In this document: positions 19,589 through 30,579 of the stretch, one piece after another
How positions within the stretch are numbered: the stretch's first letter is position 1
Layout of the letters: every line of letters begins with the position of its first letter
Assembly (NCBI GenBank): GCA_944386605.1
Contig: CALXBS010000002.1
Coordinates: 6,551-70,550 of the forward strand
Direction of reading: 5' to 3'
Length of the DNA: 64,000 nucleotides
Source of the DNA: an uncultured Clostridia bacterium
Lineage (GTDB): Bacteria; Bacillota; Clostridia; TANB77; CAG-465
Translations under genes and position numbers: made by a program
The notes under the pieces: model-generated
What the model saw: the letters and a program-made list of their open reading frames with translations, nothing else
Database searches by the model: none
What the model was told of the DNA's origin: nothing

Positions 19589-19745
19589 ATGACCTCCTTG
19601 TCTTCTATATCATTTTAGCATATTTCCTATCAATGTCAAGTTTTATGTAAAACAAAAAAATGAACCAATTTACATTTCAAAAAAGTTATGATATAATGAG
19701 TCTTGTTTCTAAATACTACAAATTCATAATTGAAGGAGGGAAAAA

Positions 19746-20206
19746 TGGCAGATTCCATTACAAGATTAACAGATATTATCACTGCTTTATTAAAACAGTT
19801 TTCTAAAGAATTTAAAGAAATTGCGGGAAAGAAATTATATCAGGAAGAGAGAGAAAAAATTAAACTTCTATTTTATGATAAAACTTTAACCCCTCAGGAT
19901 ATTATTAAAATGAATACAAAGATGTATTCTCTGATTGATGAATTTTACGAAAAACGGATTTTAGTCTCACAAAATAGAATGAGTAAATTTTCCTTTACTT
20001 CTGAGTGTTTTGACTATTTTAATTATCATCTTATCTTTTTAGGCTTCCATTCTCTTTTAAAAGAACTCTCTGGATTTACACTTTCTTCTAGTCGAATTTT
20101 CTTTATTTTCGGTGTAATAATTGGAGCTATGCAAAGAAATTCAGACCCTTTACTCATCCCTTATATAAAAAAATTAAATGATGCCATGCAATATTATTTC
20201 TACTAG
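19746..20206 (+). CDS. hypothetical protein (about 153 aa)
   Basis: GGAGGG RBS sits 7 nt before ATG at 19746. Candidate -10 tataat at 19692-19697. Confidence 0.45.
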
Positions 20207-20216
20207 TAACATTTTA

Positions 20217-20253
20217 AAAGTACCTGTTAAGAATTTTCAACAGGTACTTTTTT
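20217..20253 (+). terminator. bidirectional rho-independent terminator
   Basis: aaaagtacctgtt-aagaatttc-aacaggtactttttt. Confidence 0.6.
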
Positions 20254-20982
20254 CTATCTACTATTTTTTTGTCTTTGTACTTCATATATACTAATGGCAG
20301 CACTTACAGAAGCATTTAAAGAGTTAATATTTCCACTCATAGGAATACTTAATATCACATCACAATTTTCTTTTACTAGTCGTGAAATTCCATTTCCTTC
20401 GTTTCCAATAACGATTCCTATTGCGCCTTCTAATTTTGCCTTATAAATTTTTTCTTCTCCATCCATGTCCAAACCATATATCCAAAGGCCATTTTCTTTT
20501 AAGTACTTAATGCTTTCTGTAATATTGGTAACTCTAGCAATTTTAACAAAAGAGCAAGCACCAGCTGCAACTTTTTCTACTGTGTCAGTTACCTGGCAAG
20601 CATTTCTTTTTGGAATTAAGATTCCATGAACTCCCATACATTCACACGTACGAATAATGGCTCCTAAATTATGAGGATCTTCTATTTTATCCAATATCAC
20701 AACAAAAGGTGCTTCCCCTTTTTCTTTTGCTACTTCTAAAATATCCTCTATAGTACAATAGGTATAATCAGTAACGGAAGCAACAATTCCCTGTGAATTT
20801 TTATTTCCACATAATTTATCTAGTTTTCCTTTTTCACTTTCTACAATAACAATTCTTTTTTCTTTTGCAAGTTTTAATATTTCTTGCAACTCTTTCATAT
20901 TTTTTTGAATATAAATTTTATTAATTGTCTTTCCAGAAACAATTGCCTCTTTTACTGGATTTTTTCCATAAATGATTCCCAT
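20254..20982 (-). CDS. rlmB: 23S rRNA (guanosine-2'-O)-methyltransferase RlmB (SpoU/TrmH family)
   Basis: 242 aa; ..DPHNLGAIIRTCE..G..GI...GNEGNGIS......SLNASVSAAI. Confidence 0.85.
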   Translation of the reverse strand: MGIIYGKNPVKEAIVSGKTINKIYIQKNMKELQEILKLAKEKRIVIVESEKGKLDKLCGNKNSQGIVASVTDYTYCTIEDILEVAKEKGEAPFVVILDKIEDPHNLGAIIRTCECMGVHGILIPKRNACQVTDTVEKVAAGACSFVKIARVTNITESIKYLKENGLWIYGLDMDGEEKIYKAKLEGAIGIVIGNEGNGISRLVKENCDVILSIPMSGNINSLNASVSAAISIYEVQRQKNSR

Positions 20983-21002
20983 TTTTCTCTCCTTTAAATT
21001 TC

Positions 21003-22808
21003 TTATTCATCTAATTTTAAAACACTCATAAAAGCTTCTTGTGGTAATTCTACACTACCAACTTGTTTCATTTTCTTCTTTCCTTCTTTTTGCTTTTCTA
21101 AAAGTTTTTTCTTTCTAGTAATATCTCCGCCATAACACTTTGCAAGCACATCTTTTCTCATAGCTCTTACCGTTTCTCTAGCTACCACTTTTCCACCAAT
21201 TGCTGCTTGAATTGGAATTTCAAATAATTGTCTTGGTATAATATTTTTTAACTTTTCAACCATTTTTCTTCCTCTTGTTTCTGCTTTTTCACGATTTACA
21301 ATAAAAGATAAAGCATCTACTATTTGTGCATTTAATAGAATATCTAATTTTACCAATTGAGATTTTTGATAATGAGAAATCTCATAATCAAAAGAAGCGT
21401 AGCCTCTAGTTCTAGATTTTAAACTATTAAAGAAATCATATATAATTTCATTTAGTGGTAACTCATATTCTAGCATTACCCTATTTGCATCAATATATTT
21501 CATATTGACAAACTCTCCACGTCTTTCTTGACAAAGTTCCATCACATTTCCAACAAATTCTTTTGGAGTAATGATTTCTGTTTTTGCAATGGGTTCTTCC
21601 ATATACTTAATCTCTTGCTGAGGAGGTAAATCCGATGGATTATATAACTCTAACACTTCACCATCTGTCTTATACACTTTGTAAATAACCGAAGGAGCAG
21701 TTGTAATTAAATTAATACCAAATTCTTTTTCAAGCCTTTCTTCAATAATTTCCATGTGTAATAATCCTAAAAATCCACAACGAAATCCATGACCTAAAGC
21801 ACTAGAAGATTCTAACTCATAATTTAAAGATGCATCATTTAACTTCAATTTATAAATAGCTTCTTTTAACTCTTCGTAGTCAGATCCATCTGCTGGGAAA
21901 AATCCTGAATATACCATTGACTTTGCCTCTTTATAACCATGTAAAGGTTCGGCTACCGGATTTTTCTTTAAAGTAATTGTATCTCCCACACGAATATCAG
22001 ACAAATTTTTAATACTTGCTGCAATATATCCAACTTCCCCTGCTTTTAAAGATTCCGCTTTGACATATCCACCTGGTTTAAAATAGCCAACACTAGCCAC
22101 TTCATACTCCTTTTGGTTTGCCATTGTAGTGATAATATCTCCCTTTTGTACTTTTCCATCTACCACCCTTACAAAAGCCAAAGCCCCTTCATAATTATCA
22201 TAAATAGAATCAAAAATTAAACAAGAAGTTGGTTTCTCTAATTTTCCTTGAGGAGGTGGAATTTTATGAACAATAGCTTCTAATACCTCTTCTACATGTA
22301 AACCTGTTTTTGCAGAAATACAAGGGGCATCTGTTGTATCCAATCCAATCACATCTTCAATTTCTTTTTTTACTTCCTCTACTCTAGCACTTGGCAAATC
22401 AATTTTATTAATAACCGGAATAATTTCTAAATTGTTTTCTAAAGCTAGATAAACATTTGCAAGTGTTTGAGCTTCTACTCCTTGTACTGCGTCTACTACC
22501 AAAATAGCACCTTCACAAGCAGCTAATGATCTTGATACTTCATAACTAAAATCTACATGCCCCGGTGTATCAATTAAATTTAGAATATATTCTTCTCCGT
22601 CTTTTGCTTGATACTTCATTCTAACGGCCTGTGATTTAATTGTAATCCCTCTTTGACGTTCAATCTCCATATTATCTAATAATTGTTCTTGCATTTTTCT
22701 TTCATTCACACTACCTGTTAACTCTAATAATCGATCAGCCAAAGTGGATTTTCCATGATCTATATGTGCAATAATGCTAAAATTTCTAATCTTTTTTTGT
22801 TCTTCCAT
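21003..22808 (-). CDS. lepA: elongation factor 4
   Basis: [22 protein letters not shown]...[14 protein letters not shown]... about 600 aa; LepA-specific C-terminal domain. Confidence 0.93.
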   Translation of the reverse strand: MEEQKKIRNFSIIAHIDHGKSTLADRLLELTGSVNERKMQEQLLDNMEIERQRGITIKSQAVRMKYQAKDGEEYILNLIDTPGHVDFSYEVSRSLAACEGAILVVDAVQGVEAQTLANVYLALENNLEIIPVINKIDLPSARVEEVKKEIEDVIGLDTTDAPCISAKTGLHVEEVLEAIVHKIPPPQGKLEKPTSCLIFDSIYDNYEGALAFVRVVDGKVQKGDIITTMANQKEYEVASVGYFKPGGYVKAESLKAGEVGYIAASIKNLSDIRVGDTITLKKNPVAEPLHGYKEAKSMVYSGFFPADGSDYEELKEAIYKLKLNDASLNYELESSSALGHGFRCGFLGLLHMEIIEERLEKEFGINLITTAPSVIYKVYKTDGEVLELYNPSDLPPQQEIKYMEEPIAKTEIITPKEFVGNVMELCQERRGEFVNMKYIDANRVMLEYELPLNEIIYDFFNSLKSRTRGYASFDYEISHYQKSQLVKLDILLNAQIVDALSFIVNREKAETRGRKMVEKLKNIIPRQLFEIPIQAAIGGKVVARETVRAMRKDVLAKCYGGDITRKKKLLEKQKEGKKKMKQVGSVELPQEAFMSVLKLDE

Positions 22809-22962
22809 ATACAAATCCTTTCATTATGATTATTAATTATATCAATTTTTTAGGAATTTGACAAGATGATTTTTCTTTTTTCACCACTCAAATCAAGTTT
22901 TCTTCTAATTTCTCTACATTTTTATCCTTATCTATGGTATAATAATAAATGGTGAAATATAT

Positions 22963-23400
22963 ATGTACAAGATAGGAAGTTATGTAAAATTAAAAAATAC
23001 CAATTTAACAGGGGTTATATTACAAAAAAAGAAAGATATCTATACCATACGTATAGCAGAAAAAATGATAAAAACAAAAGAAGAGAATATTTTACTTGTA
23101 AAACATATTCCTTCTTTAGAAAATGGCAAAGTAAAGCTTACTTTAAATACCCGTTCCGTTGAAGATACCATTATGTTACGACATCAAACCGTACAAGAAG
23201 CTTTAGAACATTTGGATAAATTTATTGATCTTGCTATTTGTTCTCATCTTACACAAATCAAAATTATTCATGGTAAAAATGGTGGAATCTTAAGAAAAAA
23301 TGTATGGGAATATTTAAGTAAACATCCTGCAATTAAAGAATATAGGCTTGGAGGATATTATGAAGGAAGTTACGGTGTTACAGTTGCTTTTTTAAAATAA
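22963..23400 (+). CDS. Smr-domain protein
   Basis: C-terminal LRHQTVQEALEHLDKFIDLAI......IKIIHGKNGGILRK.V.EYL is the Smr/MutS2 C-terminal domain pattern. Confidence 0.75.
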   Translation: MYKIGSYVKLKNTNLTGVILQKKKDIYTIRIAEKMIKTKEENILLVKHIPSLENGKVKLTLNTRSVEDTIMLRHQTVQEALEHLDKFIDLAICSHLTQIKIIHGKNGGILRKNVWEYLSKHPAIKEYRLGGYYEGSYGVTVAFLK

Positions 23401-23404
23401 GCAA

Positions 23405-23441
23405 GAAAAAAAGAGTAATAAATGATTATTACTCTTTTTCC
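23405..23441 (+). terminator. bidirectional rho-independent terminator
   Basis: aaaaaaa-agagtaata-aatgat-tattactct-ttttt. Confidence 0.7.
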
Positions 23442-23700
23442 GCACCATTTTATCCACGCTTTCTTCGAGCGGTCTTATTTGGAACTTCGTAGACAGTCCT
23501 TAGTAGCCCTTGCTCTGGCATATAAGCGTTCTACGCATTTTTACTACCTACTTACTTATATAGCAGCACTTTCCGCAGCCTCTTTACGTGTTCCCCTGTT
23601 CCTCCGAGTTCTAAGTAGATAGTGTTAGGAGCCCAAGCTGACATACTTACAGGTAAATGCTCCAATTCTCATTATCAGAATCGAACTGATTTCTCTTATC
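23441..23700. other. G/C-rich structured noncoding island (possible long 3'UTR of the minus-strand receiver gene, or an sRNA); family not identified
   Basis: Visibly richer in G/C than flanks. The minus strand has stops in every frame. The only plus-strand ORF (23422..23622) starts inside the terminator hairpin with no RBS. Nested stems include cgtaga..tctacg. Confidence 0.25.
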
Positions 23701-23820
23701 CAATAGATAAGTGTTCTCCAAAGAACTAAATGAAAAAATAAAAAACGAAATACAAAACAAAAACTCTTTTGCTGCTCTAAGACTAACATGAGCCTATTTT
23801 ATCACTTCTTACTAAAAAAG

Positions 23821-24855
23821 TCAAGTCTTTTTAATTACTAAAATTAATTTATTTTCTTCTTCTTTTAATGAAATATTTTTCATGGAAATCATTAATTTTC
23901 TAATCAAATAAAATTTGCTATTATGAAGTAATGCTACCTTTTCACTAGTCATACTAAAATACCAATTATCCTGATCTTCTGTAAGAACAAACTGGATACT
24001 TGATCCTGCCTCTTGTAACTCTATTAATTGCTTTAAAATCTCACACGAAACAAAAATAACATCATTGACACTTCCTTTTAGATAACTATTTTGTTTTAAA
24101 GCAATTTTAGTATTTAAAACAACACCAGTTTCCTTTGAGACATTTTTTAATATTAATTTAATAATTTCCATAATATCTGTATCTGCCATCACATAATCTA
24201 CATCTTCTGTTGACTGATTAATAATGGCTGTAAGCACCTTATCTACTCTTTCAAGAGATTCTTTGTTTGCTTTATACGAATCATTTAATTTTTCTAAATT
24301 TTCTCTTTCTAACATTAGTTTTTTATCTTGAATGAATAAATTAGTCACTTCAATACCCGCACTAACAGAAAGTAGATTTGACTTGATTTCCTGTGCTATT
24401 CCTACCATAAGGCTTCCAATTGCATTTGTCTTGTAACGTGCAAGCTCAATTTGATTTTGTTGATTAAAAATTTTTACTGCGGAAATCAGCTCTAAATTTA
24501 AACGGTCAATTCCTTCTGTTTTATCATGATAATTTTGAATATTTAAGGTTTGCATTGTCTCAATTGGAGGCTTCTGACCAGAAAATCCTGTTTGCAAAAT
24601 AATAATTATTTCCTGATTGGTCTTTCGAATTTCTTTAATGACTTCTTCTCCATTCATTTCTGGCATGAAATAATCTAATAATAATATCTCATAATCTTTT
24701 TGATTTAATTTTTCTAACGCTAGTTTTCCATTATTTGCTACTTCTACTTGATAACCAATTTGCTTTAAAAAAGCTTCCGTCATCATCAAATAATCTTCAT
24801 CATCGTCTACTAATAATATATTGATGTTTTTAATTAGTTCATTATATGTCATCAT
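23821..24855 (-). CDS. receiver (REC) domain fused to a degenerate histidine-kinase-like core (H-box His replaced by Gln; G-boxes altered)
   Basis: N-terminus ILLVDDDED...LLLDYFMPEMNG...ILQTG is an intact receiver. Then GIAQEIKSNL aligns to the HisKA H-box S-H-E-L-R-T-P-L. An N-box-like LILKNVSKET follows, but the G1 position reads TEDQDNWYF instead of D-x-G-x-G. Confidence 0.65.
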   Translation of the reverse strand: MMTYNELIKNINILLVDDDEDYLMMTEAFLKQIGYQVEVANNGKLALEKLNQKDYEILLLDYFMPEMNGEEVIKEIRKTNQEIIIILQTGFSGQKPPIETMQTLNIQNYHDKTEGIDRLNLELISAVKIFNQQNQIELARYKTNAIGSLMVGIAQEIKSNLLSVSAGIEVTNLFIQDKKLMLERENLEKLNDSYKANKESLERVDKVLTAIINQSTEDVDYVMADTDIMEIIKLILKNVSKETGVVLNTKIALKQNSYLKGSVNDVIFVSCEILKQLIELQEAGSSIQFVLTEDQDNWYFSMTSEKVALLHNSKFYLIRKLMISMKNISLKEEENKLILVIKKT

Positions 24856-24979
24856 ATGATCAATCTCCTTACTCTTTCTTACTGTATTATATTATATATC
24901 TATCTTAATTGCAAGCAATGCCAAAAGAAATTTTAGACTAAAAAAGAATAATAGCACAATCGCCATTATCCTTTCTTTA

Positions 24980-25816
24980 TTATATAAACATAAATGTAAC
25001 TAATACAATAATTCCTAATGCAATTCTATACCAACCAAAAATTGTAAAATCGTTTTTCTTGATATAGCTTATTAAAAATTTAATTGCAAGAACAGATACA
25101 ATAAATGCAGATAACATTCCTACTAATAAAACAAGTATTTCTGTAGAAGTAAATGCAAAGCCAAATTTGATAATCTTTAACAAACTTGCACCAAACATAA
25201 CTGGGATTGCTAAGAAAAATGTAAATTCTGCTGCAGTTTCTCTATCTACTCCAATTAAAATCGCACCTAATATAGTAGCACCTGATCTTGAAGTACCAGG
25301 TATTAATGATAACACTTGAAAAGCTCCAATAATTAAAGCGGTTTTAAAAGTTAAATCTTTAATGGTTTTTATTTTCGCTTGCTTTCCTTTGTTTCTTGCT
25401 TCTACAATAATAAATAAAATACCATAAATAATTAACATTAACGATACCACAAAAGGCGTATGTAAATGCGCATCTAAGAAATCATCAAATAAAAATCCAA
25501 TAATTCCTGCTGGTACACATGCTACCAAAACTTTTAACCACATTTCAATAACATCTTTTTTTACCACTAATTTTGCTTTATCTTTCTTTTTTTCTATCCA
25601 AATAGGCATAATCTTTTTAAAGTATAATACAACAACTGCTAAAATTGCTCCTAATTGTATTAATACTAAAAACATATTCATAAATTCTTCTGTTACATTT
25701 AATTTTAAAAACTCATCTACTAGTATCATATGACCTGTACTACTAATAGGAAGCCATTCAGTAATTCCTTCTACAATACCTATAAAAATTACCTTTAAAA
25801 GTTCTACAAAGTTCAC
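24980..25816 (-). CDS. uppP: undecaprenyl-diphosphate phosphatase
   Basis: GITEWLPISSTGH...PGTSRSGATI is the BacA/UppP signature; 8 TM. Confidence 0.9.
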   Translation of the reverse strand: MNFVELLKVIFIGIVEGITEWLPISSTGHMILVDEFLKLNVTEEFMNMFLVLIQLGAILAVVVLYFKKIMPIWIEKKKDKAKLVVKKDVIEMWLKVLVACVPAGIIGFLFDDFLDAHLHTPFVVSLMLIIYGILFIIVEARNKGKQAKIKTIKDLTFKTALIIGAFQVLSLIPGTSRSGATILGAILIGVDRETAAEFTFFLAIPVMFGASLLKIIKFGFAFTSTEILVLLVGMLSAFIVSVLAIKFLISYIKKNDFTIFGWYRIALGIIVLVTFMFI

Positions 25817-25827
25817 GTTTTCTCCCC

Positions 25828-26952
25828 CTAATTTTCTAATAATTCTGTCCTAATTAACTGATTTTCTGTTGTTCTAAGATACATGATATTGTCTTTAACC
25901 GCTTCAAAAGTAACATATTTTGATAACTTACCAATTCGTTTATATGGATTTTCTCCAGCAACATTTAAAATATACGTTGGATAAATCACATACACACCCT
26001 CATAATTGGTATAAGTAGTTACCACATCACTATCACTTAGCTCTATAATATCAATCACTTCATTATCCTTTACTACATAAACAGTATCTTTAGGATCTGT
26101 ACTTAAGAAATATAAATTATCATCCTGATCAATTCCTATCATCTGTACATCCTCATCAAAAATATCTAAATAATAATATCCACCAGAATAGATGTTATAT
26201 TTTGTGTCCTCATAATACACTCTGTCTTTATGTTGTAACATAAGCATTTCTTCTACAATCAACCCTGATCTTACTTGACTCATATTATTAAATAAGTCAA
26301 TTTTATAAATCACATTATTGGTTGAATATTGTGTTTGCGTTTCTACATTGATATAGATAATATTGATAATTGGTGACATACTCATGTCTTTAATTCTAGA
26401 GAAATTATAGACAGTAAATGTATTAAATTCATTTGTTCTTTCTGTATCCAAATCATATGTATACAAAGTTAAAGTAGACGCATATCTTCCCTCATACTCT
26501 GTGAAATACATTAATAGATTTTTATCATATAACAAATTAAAATAGCATATTGGTGATTCATCTTCAATAATGGTTAAATTTTCACCTGTCTCTAAATCAT
26601 TTACATAAATTTTTGAATCTTTTAAATAAGTATAATACTTATTATCATAAGAATATTGAACACTTTCTGCTTCTTCATCAATTTTAATATTTAACGCATT
26701 TGTTAACGTAGCATTATTTTTATTAGAATTTGGATCAACAATATTTCCGTTAATACTAGACTGTGATAAATTATAAATAAATTTATCAATATACATTAGT
26801 GTTGGAACGGTAATCAGTGTTCCAATAATCATATAGATAAACATATATCTAAAAAATTTAAAAACTTTAGAACCTTTCTTTTTCCTTTTTTTTGGTTCAT
26901 CATTAAATTTTGCTCCACTTCTTTTTCCCATTTGTTTACCCCTCTTACTCAT
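25828..26952 (-). CDS. hypothetical membrane-anchored protein with Tyr-rich repeat-like extracytoplasmic domain (374 aa)
   Basis: Basic N-terminus, one TM helix, then a long Y/N/D-rich domain. Confidence 0.45.
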   Translation of the reverse strand: MSKRGKQMGKRSGAKFNDEPKKRKKKGSKVFKFFRYMFIYMIIGTLITVPTLMYIDKFIYNLSQSSINGNIVDPNSNKNNATLTNALNIKIDEEAESVQYSYDNKYYTYLKDSKIYVNDLETGENLTIIEDESPICYFNLLYDKNLLMYFTEYEGRYASTLTLYTYDLDTERTNEFNTFTVYNFSRIKDMSMSPIINIIYINVETQTQYSTNNVIYKIDLFNNMSQVRSGLIVEEMLMLQHKDRVYYEDTKYNIYSGGYYYLDIFDEDVQMIGIDQDDNLYFLSTDPKDTVYVVKDNEVIDIIELSDSDVVTTYTNYEGVYVIYPTYILNVAGENPYKRIGKLSKYVTFEAVKDNIMYLRTTENQLIRTELLEN

Positions 26953-26957
26953 TTTGT

Positions 26958-27965
26958 TTATGGATTGTTACTAGCGGTTGTCTGCTGAGATGTCTTGGTT
27001 ACAATAAAAGCAGATGAAACATAGCGCTCACTCATAATATCACTTGGATTATTAACAAGTTTTGAATCAAATACCATTGTAGAAGAAGCTCCTCCATCCA
27101 AGTTAAAGGCATTATATGCACCATAAGATAATAAAATATCTTGTACATTTTTTAAAGTACCACCTAAACTATCTGCTTGCCTTCCATCAATTACTAAAAA
27201 CATAACTGCTCCATCTTGTCTTTGAGCAATAGCAGTTCTTGGTTGTACACCCCAACCACCATTACCGGAATAAATGGTAGGTTGCCCATTAATAATAATA
27301 ACAGGGCTAAAGGAAACTGCACATCTAAGACCTGCTTCTTGCATTTCTTCATAGGTCATACTATAAGAAATAACCATTCTATTAGATTCATCAAATCCTA
27401 CAATAGAATGTGAACCAGCAGCTGCATCAGGTGTTTTTAATACACCATCTTCAATGATGATACCAGATGGTTTTCCACCCGTTCCTAATGCATCATCATC
27501 AAATCCACCCGCATTGATTCCTGCAATTGCATCATATTCTTTTACAATTTGAGATGTTGTAGCACCTACTACTCCAAGTCTTGGTGCTGTAGCAAGTTTT
27601 ACTCTAGATGGATCATCAATAATCATCAAATACCCTTTATAAGTATCAGCTTCAATATTAATAATCTCAATTCCTTCTTTTGGATCAGTACTATTTGTAT
27701 TAACCTCTGCTATCTCTATCTTATTAATATCTTGATCTTCAATGTCTTCCTGTGGTCTATTTCTTTTTAATATTTCTGCTATTTCCTCATCACTTAAAAA
27801 CCACGTTGCAAAATATTGATGACTCATGGTTGTCATAGCAGTTGTTACAATCATGTCTTTTGTATTTTCAAAAGGTCCATAAAAAACTAAACAAACTGCT
27901 AATATTGGAATATAAATAATTTGAAACAATAAAAATAAAGTAATTGTTTTAAAAAATTTCTTCAT
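26958..27965 (-). CDS. phosphodiester glycosidase family protein (DUF2233/NAGPA-like), membrane anchored
   Basis: AINAGGFDD...GFD....VISY and C-terminal YNAFNLDGGASSTMV motifs. Confidence 0.7.
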   Translation of the reverse strand: MKKFFKTITLFLLFQIIYIPILAVCLVFYGPFENTKDMIVTTAMTTMSHQYFATWFLSDEEIAEILKRNRPQEDIEDQDINKIEIAEVNTNSTDPKEGIEIINIEADTYKGYLMIIDDPSRVKLATAPRLGVVGATTSQIVKEYDAIAGINAGGFDDDALGTGGKPSGIIIEDGVLKTPDAAAGSHSIVGFDESNRMVISYSMTYEEMQEAGLRCAVSFSPVIIINGQPTIYSGNGGWGVQPRTAIAQRQDGAVMFLVIDGRQADSLGGTLKNVQDILLSYGAYNAFNLDGGASSTMVFDSKLVNNPSDIMSERYVSSAFIVTKTSQQTTASNNP

Positions 27966-28141
27966 TTATTTCCCTCTTTCTCTTAAATAAAATGTCGCAA
28001 AAAGCGCATTTTATATTAAACTAAGTATAATTTTAACAGATATACATAAAATTTGCAAGTAGAAACCTATTTTTTCATCTAATTTACACATAAAAATAGA
28101 TAAAGAAAATTTCTTCTCTTTATCTATTATATAACTTTACT

Positions 28142-30550
28142 CTATTTTTTATTATTATTTTTTTGAGTCGTTTCTTCTTCATAAATTTCTACATCATCGT
28201 CATCATCTGGAATAGCACTTTGCGGTGTTGTATGTTTATCACAAGACTCTGTTGGCGCCATATACTGCCAATCATTTGGTAAAGTACTTGGTGTATAATC
28301 TCTTGTAATAAAAGATCTTTCTTCTGTATGTGGACAATACTGTGTTGCAATTTTTCCAGTTTCTGTACATACTTTTACTAGCTTGTGAATATCACAAGTT
28401 TTGGTAGGAATTGTTCCAGTAGCAAAGATATCTGTTCTTGTTCTATCTCCTCTTTGATCTTGTCTACAAGCGTCTGTTGCAACTAATCCAGAATCTTTAC
28501 AAACTGCTCCCTCAATAATTCCAGAAGGTCTTTCAAAGCCTTTCCATTCTAGTCCAGCATTGATGTCTTTCATAACCGTTGACCACAAACGCATTGCCGT
28601 ATATGGATAAGGTCTATTAATAGATTTACTTGCTGATTTTCCTCCAACATTATCATATCCATTCCAACAAGCTACTGTATAATATGGTGTAAATCCACAG
28701 AACCATTGATCATAATCATCATTAGAATTACCTGTTTTTCCAGCATAACTCATATTAGGAATATCAAGGTTATATCCATATGCAGTACCGCCAGCTTGGA
28801 ATACAGATTGCAAACAACTTTGTAACATATAAGCAGTTGTTTCTTTCATAGCTCTTTTTGGTTCAGAATTTTTTACTAAAACATCTTCACCATTTCTATC
28901 AACTACTTTTGTATATAGTTTTGGTTCAATGTAAAGTCCTCCATTTGCAATTGTTGCATAAGCACTTGCCATTTCTAATACTGTAGCTCCATGTGTTAGA
29001 CCACCTAAAGCTAGCGAAGCAGGATTTTCATCATTTGTTGATGGATTTTCATCCGCACTTACTAAACCTTTTAATCCACAATTTTGTGCAAAATTGAATG
29101 CATAACTGGTATCTACTAACATGTTTGCTCTTGCTGCAGGTAAATTCATAGAATAAGCCAATGCTTCTCTTGCAGTTACATAACCATTAAAATAATAATA
29201 ATAGTTATGTGGTTGCCAACTTCCTGTCAAAGGAGAATCATCTAAACCAGAACCAGGAGATAAAACACCTAATTCAAAAGCTGGTCCATATGCACCTAAA
29301 GGTTTCATACAAGAACCTGGTTGTCTAGGAAGTTGAGTTGCCCTATTTAATGACAAGGCACCTGTCTTTTCATCAGCTCCTCCAATTAATCCTAATACAT
29401 TTCCATTACTATGATCTATTACAACCATTGCAGACTGCATGAAATCTCCTTGTGAATCTGTATAGAATAAACTAGGATTATCATATGCCTCATCAATTGC
29501 TTGTTGAACAGATGGATCAAATGGTGTATAAATTTTATACCCATTAGTATAAATCATCTTAAGAGCGACACCACGTTCTATTCCCTTTTCTTCCATTAAA
29601 TCTTCTACGACTGCTTCAATTACCGCATCTACATAATAAGATTGTACTTCGCCTACGGTTACTTCTTTAGTAGTAAATACCATCTCTTCTGCAACTGCCT
29701 GATCATATTCTTCTTGAGAAATTTTTTCTAACTCTAACATTTTTCCCAAAACAATTTTTTGCCTATTTAGCAAACGTTCTTTTTGTTCTTCCCCTAAGAA
29801 AGGATTGGTTCCTTCTGGAGATTGAATAGCAGCAGCAAGACAAGCAGCTTGTGCAATATCTAATTCACCAACGGACTTTCCAAAATACCTTTGTGCAGCT
29901 ATTTCAATACCATATGCTCCGTTTCCAAAATAAACCGTATTTAAGTAAGCAACTAAAATTTCTTCCTTACTTAATTCCTTTTCAAGGTTATACGCTCTAT
30001 ACCATTCTCTTACTTTTCTTTGCCATGTTTTTGTATCATCATCTGAAATCTTTTTTACCAATTGCTGTGTAATGGTACTACCACCAAAATCAGAATTTCC
30101 TCCATTTAAAATGTAAGTTACAATGGCTCCTGCAGTTCTTTTAATGTCAACACCTTTATGAGAAAAAAATCTTTCATCTTCTATAGAAATAACCGCATCA
30201 ATAACATGGGCAGGCAAATCATCATATTCTACAGAAATTCTATTTTCTTCATCATATAAGGAGGTTATTTCATTACCATCCTTATCATAAATAAAGGTTG
30301 TCAACTTTAAACTTTGAAGTTCGCTTAAATCTAATTCATCTGTATCTTCAATAATACTGCTTACAATTCCTAAAGCTACTCCTACTCCTATAATTCCTAT
30401 TGCAATGAATATAAATAAGAAAACTCTAAATACTTTCCAACCCATTTTTTTATTCTTTTTCTTTTTTCTTTCTGGATCTTGATTTCCTCTTGATTTCATA
30501 TTCATTGGTTTTTTTGTAGCAGGTTTCTTTTTAGCGCTTCTATTGTTCAT
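28142..30550 (-). CDS. class A penicillin-binding protein (transglycosylase/transpeptidase), PBP1A-like
   Basis: A GT51 motif block (EDERFFSHKGVD...GGSTITQQLVK...RKVRE) is followed by a transpeptidase domain; 802 aa. Confidence 0.9.
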   Translation of the reverse strand: MNNRSAKKKPATKKPMNMKSRGNQDPERKKKKNKKMGWKVFRVFLFIFIAIGIIGVGVALGIVSSIIEDTDELDLSELQSLKLTTFIYDKDGNEITSLYDEENRISVEYDDLPAHVIDAVISIEDERFFSHKGVDIKRTAGAIVTYILNGGNSDFGGSTITQQLVKKISDDDTKTWQRKVREWYRAYNLEKELSKEEILVAYLNTVYFGNGAYGIEIAAQRYFGKSVGELDIAQAACLAAAIQSPEGTNPFLGEEQKERLLNRQKIVLGKMLELEKISQEEYDQAVAEEMVFTTKEVTVGEVQSYYVDAVIEAVVEDLMEEKGIERGVALKMIYTNGYKIYTPFDPSVQQAIDEAYDNPSLFYTDSQGDFMQSAMVVIDHSNGNVLGLIGGADEKTGALSLNRATQLPRQPGSCMKPLGAYGPAFELGVLSPGSGLDDSPLTGSWQPHNYYYYFNGYVTAREALAYSMNLPAARANMLVDTSYAFNFAQNCGLKGLVSADENPSTNDENPASLALGGLTHGATVLEMASAYATIANGGLYIEPKLYTKVVDRNGEDVLVKNSEPKRAMKETTAYMLQSCLQSVFQAGGTAYGYNLDIPNMSYAGKTGNSNDDYDQWFCGFTPYYTVACWNGYDNVGGKSASKSINRPYPYTAMRLWSTVMKDINAGLEWKGFERPSGIIEGAVCKDSGLVATDACRQDQRGDRTRTDIFATGTIPTKTCDIHKLVKVCTETGKIATQYCPHTEERSFITRDYTPSTLPNDWQYMAPTESCDKHTTPQSAIPDDDDDVEIYEEETTQKNNNKK

Positions 30551-30579
30551 TTATATTTCCTCCTGTACCATAAAACATG

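Noticed and set aside
23422-23622. 66-aa plus-strand ORF in the G/C-rich island
   Set aside because: The ATG lies inside the terminator hairpin and there is no RBS. The Leu/Ala/Arg/Tyr-heavy composition is implausible, as expected from translating G/C-rich noncoding DNA.
23655-23690. tRNA or tmRNA suggested by a cag-TTCGATT-ctg T-loop-like hairpin on the minus strand
   Set aside because: I could not build a matching acceptor stem, D-arm or anticodon arm. A tmRNA placed with this as its 3' domain would overlap the intact receiver-gene ORF.
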